From the IMG/VR virus record IMGVR_UViG_3300043449_002450, positions 96,001-160,000 of that record: DNA of 64,000 nt. One strand, 5' to 3'. Of the stretch, positions 38,511 through 48,203 are shown piece by piece (within the stretch, counting starts at the first letter, position 1; every line of letters starts with the position of its first letter). Under the pieces are notes generated by a model, which saw nothing but the letters and a program-made list of their open reading frames with translations, was not told where the DNA came from and searched no databases. This DNA is from a virus. The position numbers and the translations under genes are program-made.

Positions 38511-38977
38511 TGCTAATGACTAATATGATTGACAGGCCAACGTGGGACAGCGTGTGGATGGATGTTGCTAAGACAATCGCACAACGCTCGCCTGATCCTA
38601 ACCACAAAGTTGCTGCTATTGTTGTAACAGATGACAACACACAGCTCCTGTCGTTGGGTTACAACGGCGATCATGCAGGCGGCACAAATATTAGAGAATC
38701 TGATGAGCCAGGTGAATCTGGATTCATCCATGCTGAGGTAAATGCGCTGATAAAACTTGACTATAACAACCCTAAACGTAAGGTAATGTATGTTACTCTG
38801 AGCCCATGCAAGATGTGTGCGAAGTCGATCGTGAACGCAGGCATATCAGAGGTCGTGTTTTCTGAGATTTACCGCGATTCAATTGGCATCAAGATACTGG
38901 AATCAGCAGGTATCCACGTTAGGAAGATAAATAGCTTTAGAGCGGGTTTGACGCATGACAAGACTCACAGCGGCTGA
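38507..38977 (+). CDS. dCMP deaminase family
   Basis: RS.D, GYNG, HAEVNA, PCKMC. Confidence 0.88.
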   Translation: MMLMTNMIDRPTWDSVWMDVAKTIAQRSPDPNHKVAAIVVTDDNTQLLSLGYNGDHAGGTNIRESDEPGESGFIHAEVNALIKLDYNNPKRKVMYVTLSPCKMCAKSIVNAGISEVVFSEIYRDSIGIKILESAGIHVRKINSFRAGLTHDKTHSG

Positions 38978-39218
38978 TATTGAGAAAATGCTGAACCAGA
39001 AGATTCAAGAGAATTTAAAGGTGACGGCGGGCAAAGGCAAGAAGCAGAAAATACTGATTCAGAACGGATTCAAGATTATGCATCTTGAGTCGGGGTTGAT
39101 CTATACAGTCAATAAAGTGACAATTGATGGCAAAAAACCCGTTATACACGCAGTAAGTGGCGACGGTAATGACATCGTGATCACATCAAAAGATTTTAAG
39201 AATTACAAGGGGACATGA
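38955..39218 (+). CDS. Hypothetical late protein
   Basis: Preceded by ATAAATA at 38927-38933. Confidence 0.6.
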   Translation: MTRLTAADIEKMLNQKIQENLKVTAGKGKKQKILIQNGFKIMHLESGLIYTVNKVTIDGKKPVIHAVSGDGNDIVITSKDFKNYKGT

Positions 39219-39913
39219 TGATTAGGAACTCCGACATATCAAGGATAATCAACGAGTCTCTTAAGACTGATACCGACAAGCGACTTAATGAGTCGCTTGT
39301 CGCTCAAGAGAAGCAATTTAATTTAGCCACTGAGTTCCAGAGCGGTGCCACGAAGAAGGCCCACGAAGGACTTTACCAGAAGTATTTAGAGACATTTAAT
39401 AGAATCAGCGCAGAGCTAGATACAGCTGATAGATCAGCAGCAAGTTCTAATGGTTCTGTTTATAGATCACTGAAGGAAGATGAGACCTACAACATGAACG
39501 CCGTGTATCTGCACGAGCTTTATTTTGCGAACATCAGTGATCTAGCCAGTAATATAGGCATGGACTCATTGACGTTCATGCGCTTTTCTAGAGACTTTGG
39601 AGATTTTGACAAGTGGCAGAATGACTTTATTGCTTGCTGTCTGTCTTCTCGATGCGGTTGGGCTATCACCTATTACAACATTTACACGCAGACATACATG
39701 AACACTTTCATGGATCTTCACAGCTTGCAGGTTCCTGTTGGTTGCATACCTGTCCTTGTCATGGATGTTTGGCAACATGCATACTACAAGGATTATCTTT
39801 CTGATGTCAAGACATACACATATGCTATGATGAAAGAAATTAACTGGAGCACCGTGGAGGAGCGCGTCAAGCGTGCTGAGAAGATAGCTGTGGTTATCAA
39901 GGGAGGTATGTGA
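39215..39913 (+). CDS. Fe/Mn superoxide dismutase-like protein with N-terminal leader
   Basis: KAH..LY..Y, LHELYF, DFG, GWA, PVLVMDVWQHAYYKDY, INW. Confidence 0.85.
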   Translation: MMIRNSDISRIINESLKTDTDKRLNESLVAQEKQFNLATEFQSGATKKAHEGLYQKYLETFNRISAELDTADRSAASSNGSVYRSLKEDETYNMNAVYLHELYFANISDLASNIGMDSLTFMRFSRDFGDFDKWQNDFIACCLSSRCGWAITYYNIYTQTYMNTFMDLHSLQVPVGCIPVLVMDVWQHAYYKDYLSDVKTYTYAMMKEINWSTVEERVKRAEKIAVVIKGGM

Positions 39914-40464
39914 TGCGTAGGTTGCTTAACGAGGACGAAAACGACTCACCTGTTGCAGGCATGATGAAGAATGTTGAGGCTCCTCCCGATTCTGTTGACG
40001 ACATCATCGATTCTCTCATTATAAGATATGAGAATGAGTCAGTCAAGGATGAAGAGGATGAGTCTGAGCAGATGTTCGAGTCTTTACGCAGAAAGTCACT
40101 TCGGTTTCTCTTTGAACAAGAGGGAGACGCAGCGGGTGCAGAGCCAAATGCCGAGCCACCCGAGGGGAGCGAAACACCGAAAGAGGATGTCCCGGCTGCT
40201 GAGACTGCAAAACCACCACTAGACATTGATCTTTTTACCAAGAAGATCGCTAGACTTGTGTTAAACGGGAGAAACATGATACCGCTAGAGGAGGTTATTA
40301 TCTCACGTGCGCAGTCATTCTTGAGCAAGAATTACGGCAAGGATTACGTTGATCAAATGCAGGATATCCTTGATCAGCAGTTTGACTTTGATCTGACGGG
40401 TGAAGAAGACGTCATCGACGTTCCCATAGCAGCAGGTGCAGCAGGCAAGTCATCTGGCGCTTAG
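39910..40464 (+). CDS. Acidic hypothetical (virion-associated?) protein
   Basis: Coupled to the SOD gene; RRLLNE and FLFEQ motifs. Confidence 0.65.
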   Translation: MMRRLLNEDENDSPVAGMMKNVEAPPDSVDDIIDSLIIRYENESVKDEEDESEQMFESLRRKSLRFLFEQEGDAAGAEPNAEPPEGSETPKEDVPAAETAKPPLDIDLFTKKIARLVLNGRNMIPLEEVIISRAQSFLSKNYGKDYVDQMQDILDQQFDFDLTGEEDVIDVPIAAGAAGKSSGA

Positions 40465-40470
40465 CCAAAA

Positions 40471-40779
40471 ATGAAAAGAACAAAAAAAGAGCAAAAACTA
40501 ATAGACCTGACGACAAGAAAGTCAATACACGTCAGCATGACGTCAGGGACACATTCACAGTTTAGAATAGCGTGTTTCAAGCATAAAGTTAGCATGCAAG
40601 AGGCAATCGAAGAGTTTGCCTCTCTTATCGCAAATGATAACCCAGATATGATTTCTGTCCTTGAAGAAATTGCGATGAGAAAACTTAATAAAGAACTGCG
40701 AAAGTTTGATAACAGCGACACAGATAGCATCTATGATATTTTAGAGCTTGAAAACCCACTTAAGGACAAAGGGCTGTGA
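40471..40779 (+). CDS. Possible ribbon-helix-helix protein
   Basis: RKSIHVSM...HSQFRIAC....SMQEAIEEF fits a beta-alpha-alpha pattern. Confidence 0.45.
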   Translation: MKRTKKEQKLIDLTTRKSIHVSMTSGTHSQFRIACFKHKVSMQEAIEEFASLIANDNPDMISVLEEIAMRKLNKELRKFDNSDTDSIYDILELENPLKDKGL

Positions 40780-41045
40780 TGAAACTAATTGGCAGTTACT
40801 TAAATAACCTCTTAGAGCTTGATGAGATCAAACAGAACAACGAGCTCATGGCTGAGAGAGTCTCTGCTTTAGAAAAGAAAGTAGCTGATCTGGAAAAAAT
40901 AAACGAAGATCTATCACGCTCCGTTGCAGCTATAGCAATAATTCAAGCTAATTTATTAAAAGAACTTCAAAACTTGTTCAGTAGCGCGAAGAAAACAACG
41001 CCTCGCATTTTTGCTCAACGTAAAACGGATGATTATACTAATTGA
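40776..41045 (+). CDS. Coiled-coil hypothetical protein
   Basis: Heptad pattern, overlapping start. Confidence 0.6.
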   Translation: MMKLIGSYLNNLLELDEIKQNNELMAERVSALEKKVADLEKINEDLSRSVAAIAIIQANLLKELQNLFSSAKKTTPRIFAQRKTDDYTN

Positions 41046-41081
41046 TACTTAGAACGATAGTTAGCTTAGAAGGACGACGAC

Positions 41082-43184
41082 ATGAATGTCATTGTGAAGA
41101 AGCACGCACTGCAACAGCTTATAAGCACTCTTGCCGAAGAGAGAAGCTTTCACTCAAGACGCTATGACCAGATCGCAGGAGACGACAAGCCGGTCCTGCC
41201 TGATGCTCAAATGGCGTCACAGTTAAGCACAGAACAGGTTCCAGTCGCAGATCCTGACTTCTTGCCAGTCAACAAACAACAGCTCAAGAAAGCAGCTACA
41301 CAGATCGCTGACAATGTGCCACCCGAGAAGATACAGAAATACTATAGCGGTCTCAAGAAGCTCTTAAGAAAGACAGCAGAGAATGATACACCCGTCTTAG
41401 CTGAGAACGATCTTGTAGAGTTGCTTCGTAAATCATTGGCAGAGGCTCGTGGTGAAGGACGCGGTCTTGAAAAATCAGATCAGGAGCTTGCATCACAGCT
41501 GGCAGCAGCATCAGCAGCTTCTGCACTACAAACAAACATTGATCTTGCAACTCAATCAGCAGAGCAGTCAGGACCTGAGGCGATTGGGGATTTAAAGAGC
41601 ACTCTTGTTGGCACCATAAATCGGCTGGTCGATGAATATGAGAAGAAGAAGAATGACGGCGAGCATTTTCCCGACGAGAGCGGATATGCAGAACTCGTTG
41701 CAGATCTTGCCAAGCCAGAATCTTACACAGTCAACAAGAGCAGTAACGAATTGACAATCAGAGCAGGCGGCGCGTCCTTCAAGGACCGTTTTAATTTGGC
41801 TTCGCTTAATCCTAACATCACGCCAAAAGTGATTGCAAGAGCTGCGAAAGAGGTAGCTAACGAGACCATTGGTGACATTGTTGGGAGCCGCGCTACTAGC
41901 AGGTTCCTTGGCGATCCTAACGCGCCTTTCAATCGCCCACGGCAGCGTTACGGCGAGCTTGGCATGATCGCGAAGGACGTCGCGCGCGGTGCTTTCGCAC
42001 AGCTCGGTGACGCGTTACCCGATAAGAGCGCGCTTTCTGAGGACCAGATTGATGACTTCATCCGTGTCTTCACAGATTTCGTAACAACGCAGCTTGGCGA
42101 CGGCAATAAGCAGTTCACCTATAACGTCCAAGAAGATCCAAACAGCGTGAACGTCGAGCCAATATCTGTCACTATAACACTCGATGTCCCAGACTCATCA
42201 TCACTTCCCGCCACAGTTCGCCAGTTTACTAAGACATCACAGTCACTGTCAGGTGTCAAAGCTAGCGACCCTGCCCAGACAATGGATAAGCTTAAGGCTA
42301 TGATCGTGTCTGAGATCGAAGCGGTGCGTGCTGATATTCTTGCAAAAGCAGATGAGACGCTTGCCAAGCGCAAGGTCAAGTCATTCAAGCCCTCTGGTGA
42401 AGGCAGAAACTTTGCCAGCGACATTCTGCGCAGGTTTGGTGGAACGCGTCGTGACGCCCCGGCAGAGCGAGTGAGAGCCGCAGCTCAAGAGCTAGGAAAG
42501 GAGCTTGGCACCGATCCTATGAATACGCTGACAAGCTTGGACGTTCTTGATCCTCGCGCGCTTGATCTACGTGAAAACCTACTTGGCCAGTTCACGCCTA
42601 CCTTGTCTGACATTGTTGATGAAGCTTCCAAGATGTTTGAAGATTCTCAATTTGTCTTTGAAGCTACCATGGCAGACATTGATGACTCAATACAAACCAA
42701 GGGTGGCGACGTCTGGGATATTGTTTACGATCTCTTCAAGGACACCCTTAAGGAATTTGGTGAGAAGCCTGAGAAAGGCTTGCCGCCCGTGGACTTCTTT
42801 AAGACATACCAGCGAATCATCTCTAACCCGAAGTTTAGGGAATACGTTGTCGCCCGCGGCGGCGGCACAGCCCGATCAGACATGTTCGAGAGGTCAGGAA
42901 AATACTTCTTTGACTCCGACACAACGTTCGTGGGCAATCTAATGTTGATTAGGAAGTATCTTCTTGCAACAGGCCGCGGCAAGGACGCTGCTGAACTCAT
43001 CTACGATGAGGATAGCAATGAATATCCAGTTGTTACTGCATTCGGTGAATTCGTCGGTAGTAACATAGTTTCAGGAGAGAAGGATTACGATGACATGGTC
43101 AAGAAAATCGTGAAGCTCATCGAGTCTAAGCATCCTGAGTTTGTCCGTGCTGCCAAGCCAAAGAAGGAAAAGAAGGAGAAGTAA
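41082..43184 (+). CDS. Large hypothetical late protein (candidate internal head protein)
   Basis: Two ATAnnTA motifs upstream (41045, 41057); LQQLISTLAEE leader. Confidence 0.65.
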   Translation: MNVIVKKHALQQLISTLAEERSFHSRRYDQIAGDDKPVLPDAQMASQLSTEQVPVADPDFLPVNKQQLKKAATQIADNVPPEKIQKYYSGLKKLLRKTAENDTPVLAENDLVELLRKSLAEARGEGRGLEKSDQELASQLAAASAASALQTNIDLATQSAEQSGPEAIGDLKSTLVGTINRLVDEYEKKKNDGEHFPDESGYAELVADLAKPESYTVNKSSNELTIRAGGASFKDRFNLASLNPNITPKVIARAAKEVANETIGDIVGSRATSRFLGDPNAPFNRPRQRYGELGMIAKDVARGAFAQLGDALPDKSALSEDQIDDFIRVFTDFVTTQLGDGNKQFTYNVQEDPNSVNVEPISVTITLDVPDSSSLPATVRQFTKTSQSLSGVKASDPAQTMDKLKAMIVSEIEAVRADILAKADETLAKRKVKSFKPSGEGRNFASDILRRFGGTRRDAPAERVRAAAQELGKELGTDPMNTLTSLDVLDPRALDLRENLLGQFTPTLSDIVDEASKMFEDSQFVFEATMADIDDSIQTKGGDVWDIVYDLFKDTLKEFGEKPEKGLPPVDFFKTYQRIISNPKFREYVVARGGGTARSDMFERSGKYFFDSDTTFVGNLMLIRKYLLATGRGKDAAELIYDEDSNEYPVVTAFGEFVGSNIVSGEKDYDDMVKKIVKLIESKHPEFVRAAKPKKEKKEK

Positions 43185-43187
43185 GAA

Positions 43188-43535
43188 GTGTCTCTCTACT
43201 TTCTAGACAAGACTATGAGGAGGCCCAACGGTTCTCTAAATGAGAATTTTGATCTTCCCATAAGAGTAAAGAAAGAATCTTGGGAACACCTCACAAATCC
43301 ACGTCGAATCGGTAAAAACTATGCATTCGACAACGCACAACAAATTAGATACTTCATAAGCTCAATTTTTGAGCAGCTTGACATCGATAGACATCCTGTC
43401 AAGATCACAATTGATGATCATGATGTTAGCGTTGAACTTTACACAAAGATCATAGATGATGTTACCGAAGTGGACCTTGAAATGGCACGTGCACTTGACG
43501 AGATCTACGAAGAATCTTCTCTTATAGTGAGTTAA
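43188..43535 (+). CDS. Pterin-4a-carbinolamine dehydratase-like fold
   Basis: W.....I.KNYAFD....YF......HP.KITI....V.V.LYT....VTEVDLEMARALD. Confidence 0.65.
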   Translation: MSLYFLDKTMRRPNGSLNENFDLPIRVKKESWEHLTNPRRIGKNYAFDNAQQIRYFISSIFEQLDIDRHPVKITIDDHDVSVELYTKIIDDVTEVDLEMARALDEIYEESSLIVS

Positions 43536-43536
43536 A

Positions 43537-43851
43537 ATGAGCCTCTTGATTAGTGATTCGCTTGTTGGTCTTGTAGATGAAGAAACGCTTATGGGAGGAT
43601 TTGACTTCTTGGGCGAGGTCACCATAGATGGGAGCAAGTATAGAATAGACGCATTTGTAGCGGACCAGAAGACCATACGGTTCTACGCGGTCGCGCCGCA
43701 CGAGATTGCATTGAAATTGTTAGACCTTAAAGCGGGCAATACAGTTAAAATGTCGTTAGGTGATGTCTTCGAAGCTGAGGGCAAAATTATACAAATCGGG
43801 TGGGATGACACACCTCGAGGCGGTCGTGTAATATTGTGCATGGCAAGGTAG
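43537..43851 (+). CDS. Hypothetical protein
   Basis: Packed ORF on the coding strand. Confidence 0.6.
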   Translation: MSLLISDSLVGLVDEETLMGGFDFLGEVTIDGSKYRIDAFVADQKTIRFYAVAPHEIALKLLDLKAGNTVKMSLGDVFEAEGKIIQIGWDDTPRGGRVILCMAR

Positions 43852-43874
43852 ATAGTTAGCAACAGAGGCACGCG

Positions 43875-44048
43875 ATGGAAAAGTTCACATTTGACAAATT
43901 TATTGACGATATCTGCAAGCGCGAGGAAGACACACGTAGACAGCTTGAAGAGCATGCTCAGGGTCAGGAAGAGCACCCACAGAGAATCTATAATCGGCTG
44001 TATCGTGAGCACCAGCAAAATAGAATCGTGTATAGGAGGCCAGAGTGA
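43875..44048 (+). CDS. 57-aa hypothetical protein (missing from the ORF track)
   Basis: MEKFTFDKFIDDICKREE...YRRPE; ATAGTTA at 43852 and GAGG RBS; stop overlaps the next GTG. Confidence 0.65.
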   Translation: MEKFTFDKFIDDICKREEDTRRQLEEHAQGQEEHPQRIYNRLYREHQQNRIVYRRPE

Positions 44049-44719
44049 GCACGGTCAAGATTAAGACTGCAGCAGGCCTTGAGAAGTTCCTGCGCATTCT
44101 TGCTGAAGAGAGTGTGTCAATGGCGCAGGCAGAGCCACGCTCACAAGAGCCTGCACGCCAGCGTGACATCATCAAGAGGATGAAGCAGGATAAGCTATCA
44201 TTGAGCGAGGAAGATCCTGAGCGTGCAGCTCCCGAAGCACCTGCTGATAGCGAACCTCCACCGGCTCCCGATAAGCCAGCAGCTCAAACACCCAAAGATG
44301 TTGAGCCTAGTGAGATCAATCCCACTCTTGACGCAATCATAAGGGCAATCAAAGAGATACGCAGCGGATTTGGCGCTGATGACAGCGCCATAGAGCAAGA
44401 GCTGAGCAATTACTTTGATAGGCTTGATGAGGCTGAAAAAGTGACAATGATTGTGTTGATGAGAAGTGTGGGTGACATAATGCGCAGAGAAGCAACGGGA
44501 GCCACTGCACCTGAGCCCGCCCAATACAATGTTGTCATGTCTATGAAGTCAGCAGAAAAAGCGACACCCGCCCCTGCTGAGGCACCACAGACTGCTAGTG
44601 AGCCACCACAGGCAGCTGGGAGTGGTGAGGATACAACACCGCCCATCAAGGTCGGAGAACCCGTATCTGAAGCATATAGACGCCGGATTAAGGATTTACT
44701 CAGCAGAAATAAGTCATAG
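44045..44719 (+). CDS. Hypothetical late protein with Pro/Ala-rich linkers
   Basis: GGAGG RBS; LEKFLRILAEE leader. Confidence 0.65.
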   Translation: MSTVKIKTAAGLEKFLRILAEESVSMAQAEPRSQEPARQRDIIKRMKQDKLSLSEEDPERAAPEAPADSEPPPAPDKPAAQTPKDVEPSEINPTLDAIIRAIKEIRSGFGADDSAIEQELSNYFDRLDEAEKVTMIVLMRSVGDIMRREATGATAPEPAQYNVVMSMKSAEKATPAPAEAPQTASEPPQAAGSGEDTTPPIKVGEPVSEAYRRRIKDLLSRNKS

Positions 44720-44728
44720 ATTCTCTTT

Positions 44729-44935
44729 ATGAGAAAGATCACTGTTCAAAAAGATGATATGACTTATGAGATAGATGTGTCACCTGCTCTTATAGGGCAG
44801 GTTTCAAATCGTTTGATGTTGCCTGCAGATGCTATCTCAGATCAAGATATCGTTAAATTCGTTGTTGATGCTGCTACACAGGCGTTCGATCGCGCCGCTG
44901 TTGAATACTTAAGATCTGATGGCAAAGATACCTGA
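44729..44935 (+). CDS. Hypothetical protein
   Basis: Packed ORF. Confidence 0.55.
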   Translation: MRKITVQKDDMTYEIDVSPALIGQVSNRLMLPADAISDQDIVKFVVDAATQAFDRAAVEYLRSDGKDT

Positions 44936-45134
44936 AAATTATGGGACGTTAAAATACTTGCACGAGCTTGATGAGATACTGAACGACCTAGATGGCGTCA
45001 GAAGTCATCTAGGTCGTCTTGAACGCAAGGAAAGGTTCACAATTTCACGCGCGATGGAGAGCCTCCGCTACCTTAGACGCAAGGCATCGCGCCACGGTCT
45101 CAAGGTCGGTCTCCTTGAGGAGGAAGACTTATGA
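44919..45134 (+). CDS. Hypothetical protein
   Basis: Packed ORF. Confidence 0.55.
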   Translation: MAKIPENYGTLKYLHELDEILNDLDGVRSHLGRLERKERFTISRAMESLRYLRRKASRHGLKVGLLEEEDL

Positions 45135-46018
45135 ATGCTTTGAGAACATACGTCCGCGCCGTCCTCTCTGAGGCCGTAGGTCAGGTCACATACCAGCGGA
45201 CCGATATAGGCAGAGCAGCGGATAAATTCAGCGGTGCCGATGAACTCAACCCTGGCGGATCAGTTCTGGCGAGCGCTGTCAAGGGCATGGCCACGCTTGG
45301 CACAGCCGCTAAAGTCATGTCTAGGACAAAGTCAGGCAAAGTTGCTGCAGGCTGGAATGCAACAAAAGGCTCTAGAAAAAATGTTCTCTCTGCTGTTGGC
45401 GCGTTGGGTGTTGTTGGATACGCTGTAAGTCAAGATTTTGCTTCTAAAAGAAGTAATGCAGACGCAAAAGATGATGATGATGAGCGCTTAAGAGCGCAGA
45501 TGGCTCAATTCCACGAGAAGCTGATAGCATCGCTGGATGCAACCCAGACACAAATGCTTGAAAGTTTCAGGACGCCCGAGGTTAGATCTGCAAGCTCTGA
45601 TCAAATGACACCTGATAAGGCCAAGGCGCTCTTGACGAATTTTAAAGCCAACTACACAAAATATGTCGGCGACTACACTCGAAAAGGATCCGTGCCCTTA
45701 AACAATCGATATGCAGATGTTTTCATGGGGTCCACCGAGACAGGATCAGCCAAGGGTAGACTAGAAAGTATCATCAAAGATACGGCAGCCAACACGAAAG
45801 AGTTTGATGAAGCAGGACTCAGATACTACGCGTCTTGCGTCATGCAGATATATGAGGCACAGCTAATTGTTGCTGCGATGACCGAAGACCTCGCTGTCAT
45901 TCCTGATGAGATTACAGACAAGAAGACGTTCCAGGCAGCGTCGGATCAATTCAAGACAAGAATTGATAGCACAAAAGCGCTTAAGGAGGCGCTTGACGTT
46001 ACTAGCGGAATGGAATAA
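45131..46018 (+). CDS. Hypothetical protein with leader motif and a hydrophobic helix
   Basis: LRTYVRAVLSE; VLSAVGALGVVGYAV. Confidence 0.65.
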   Translation: MNALRTYVRAVLSEAVGQVTYQRTDIGRAADKFSGADELNPGGSVLASAVKGMATLGTAAKVMSRTKSGKVAAGWNATKGSRKNVLSAVGALGVVGYAVSQDFASKRSNADAKDDDDERLRAQMAQFHEKLIASLDATQTQMLESFRTPEVRSASSDQMTPDKAKALLTNFKANYTKYVGDYTRKGSVPLNNRYADVFMGSTETGSAKGRLESIIKDTAANTKEFDEAGLRYYASCVMQIYEAQLIVAAMTEDLAVIPDEITDKKTFQAASDQFKTRIDSTKALKEALDVTSGME

Positions 46019-46071
46019 CGTTTTAACGTGCATCCCGCGCTGTCTAAGATCGCTTAAAGCACGGAGTTTCT

Positions 46072-46407
46072 ATGTCTTGGTTTCCAGAGATCATGTATGA
46101 GGAGGAGGATAATGGTGTTTCCTCTAAGATACCTTTTATTGCCGTTCCAGCTGACCAGGAGATGCCTAAGTTCCTGTTTATCTTTGAGAGCAGAGAGACA
46201 GGTGAGTTCGAGCCGGGCCCAGAGGGTGAGGATCTACCCGTCGTGCAGCTAGATCTACATCAGTATGCTGATATGACACGCTTGAAGGCGGGACTCGATG
46301 CAGAGACCTTTGACAAGGTGAGAGGTGTTCTCGGCCTAGAGCCTTTAGGCACGGCTGCTTCTAAAGGCGCAAAAATAACGCAGAACATCAGAAAAAATCT
46401 GAGCTGA
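46072..46407 (+). CDS. Hypothetical protein
   Basis: GGAG RBS. Confidence 0.65.
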   Translation: MSWFPEIMYEEEDNGVSSKIPFIAVPADQEMPKFLFIFESRETGEFEPGPEGEDLPVVQLDLHQYADMTRLKAGLDAETFDKVRGVLGLEPLGTAASKGAKITQNIRKNLS

Positions 46408-46438
46408 CGTATAGTTAAATTTGACGCAGGAGTTTAAA

Positions 46439-46957
46439 ATGCGCTTTGATGTTAATCGTATCTGTGAGCTCGCCGGCATTGGAGCAGCATCCGGTGGTCT
46501 AATGAATGAGGCAGTAACTGCCGCACCCCCAGCAACTGCCAAGCCTGCACCAGGTGCCAAGCCTGCACCAGGTGCCAAGCCCGCCCCGGCTCCCACAGCC
46601 ACAACCAAGCCACCAGGTCAGGCGCCTAAGCCAGCTGCTGAGGGTGATGAACATGACGAAGGCTACCATCTTGATGAGATGGGCTATGAGGAAGGCGACT
46701 ACCACATGGAAGAGATGAGCATCGATGACGGCGATGTCTATGAGATCGATGAATATGCTCTCATGGAGGCGCTCGTTGGCATGCGTCAGCGTCGCCTTGA
46801 GGAGTCACAGGTCCGTGACACAGTTCGTGATGAGATTCGTCGCGCGCTCAGCGACCGAAGCGGTTCTTGGATTTACGGTGCCAATAAGCCCACCAACAGC
46901 AAGGCTGGCCAGATCGCTCGTGGCGGATTTGGAATTGGATTTGGTTTCCGTCGCTAA
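46439..46957 (+). CDS. Hypothetical late protein (scaffold/head-like, low complexity)
   Basis: ATAGTTA at 46411, AGGAG RBS; RICELAGI, LMNE, acidic middle. Confidence 0.65.
   Translation: MRFDVNRICELAGIGAASGGLMNEAVTAAPPATAKPAPGAKPAPGAKPAPAPTATTKPPGQAPKPAAEGDEHDEGYHLDEMGYEEGDYHMEEMSIDDGDVYEIDEYALMEALVGMRQRRLEESQVRDTVRDEIRRALSDRSGSWIYGANKPTNSKAGQIARGGFGIGFGFRR
46538..46591 (+). repeat. Coding tandem repeat, 3 x 18 bp (AKPAPG)
   Basis: GCCAAGCCTGCACCAGGT twice plus a degenerate third copy. Confidence 0.85.
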
Positions 46958-46983
46958 TTAGATAAAACATAGATCATTAGAAG

Positions 46984-47032
46984 TTAAAAAACTGGCTCCG
47001 GTCCTCTATGATAAAGGGGACCGGAGCTTTTT
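46984..47032 (+). terminator. Terminator hairpin containing a -10 in the loop and the downstream SD in the 3' arm
   Basis: GCTCCGGTCC-TCTATGATAAAGG-GGACCGGAGC-TTTTT; TTAAAA-N17-TATGAT. Confidence 0.7.
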
Positions 47033-47362
47033 ATGACTTATGAAGTTGGCCAAATCGTGTATCTATTGAGCAATAATGACATGAAGATCTTCCCAGTGCA
47101 GGTCGTAGAAGAGATCACTAGAAAGCGGATCGGAGGTGAAGATGTGACATATAAGATTGTCCTGCCCAATAAGGCACGAACACAAGCTGATCTTGAGAGC
47201 ATGGATGCGACCCCTTTTACTTCGCCAGGTGAGCTTAGGACACACATGATTGAAAACGCGATACGCATGATTGACACCATGATAGAGCGTGCCAATCGAA
47301 TGAGTGTGCAAGCGTTCGAAACAGCTCAACCCGTGCAAGACGACGAGAGTGTGGTAGAATAG
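47033..47362 (+). CDS. Hypothetical protein
   Basis: GGAG RBS; beta-rich N-terminus YEVGQIVY. Confidence 0.65.
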   Translation: MTYEVGQIVYLLSNNDMKIFPVQVVEEITRKRIGGEDVTYKIVLPNKARTQADLESMDATPFTSPGELRTHMIENAIRMIDTMIERANRMSVQAFETAQPVQDDESVVE

Positions 47363-47376
47363 ACTAGAGGTAAAAA

Positions 47377-48183
47377 ATGAAGGTCGCGCTTCTAGATGGT
47401 TACAATCTCATGCATCGCTCACGCTTCGGTGTCAAGGGTGAGAACAGCACAGTGTTCACTTTCTTCCGCAGCTTGCGTCCGCTAATCGAGGCACTTTCAC
47501 CCGACAAGGTGTATCTCGTCCTCGAGGGCGTGCCGGTCCACCGCCAGGCACTTGATTCAGAATATAAAGCTAATCGACGAATCGAAGAAGGAACGAAACA
47601 GCATGAGGAGATGCTAGAGTTTCGTCGGCAGAAGAGGATCATCATTGACCTCCTCCAGCACTTTCCTATCACACTCGCTAAGCATCCTGAGCTTGAGTGC
47701 GACGATACCATTGCGTCTCTCTCTCGGGCACACGCCGCTGATGAGGTTACCATCGTCAGCACGGACACTGACTTCTACCAGCTCCTAGGCCAAGAAAATC
47801 TACGAATCTACAATCCTGTCCGTAAGGAGTATGTCGTGCCTGTCGAGTATGATTATCTCGCTTGGAAGGCTCTCCGCGGCGACAAGACAGACAACGTTCC
47901 ATCTGTTGCTGGCCTCACTGACAAGGCAGCTGAGAAGCTGCTTGCCAATCCTCAGAAGCTCGAATCATTCCTCAATGAGGGAAATAACCGAGCTGATTAC
48001 GCACGCAATCTGGAGCTAATTGGGTTCAAGTATGTGGGCCCAGATGTCATTAATTATGTTGTTGGAAATCCTGACTGGGGAAAATTGCGCTCTCACCTAA
48101 CAGGGCTCAAGTTCTTCTCCATGACCAACGACAAGGCATGGAAGAACTACACGGCGACCTTTGAGGCTATTTACTCCCGCTGA
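47377..48183 (+). CDS. Second 5'-3' exonuclease / flap endonuclease
   Basis: LLDGYNL.HR, YKANR, ECDDTIA, STDTDFYQL, GDKTDNVP. Confidence 0.9.
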   Translation: MKVALLDGYNLMHRSRFGVKGENSTVFTFFRSLRPLIEALSPDKVYLVLEGVPVHRQALDSEYKANRRIEEGTKQHEEMLEFRRQKRIIIDLLQHFPITLAKHPELECDDTIASLSRAHAADEVTIVSTDTDFYQLLGQENLRIYNPVRKEYVVPVEYDYLAWKALRGDKTDNVPSVAGLTDKAAEKLLANPQKLESFLNEGNNRADYARNLELIGFKYVGPDVINYVVGNPDWGKLRSHLTGLKFFSMTNDKAWKNYTATFEAIYSR

Positions 48184-48203
48184 CGCGTGTTTATGATGTG
48201 CTC

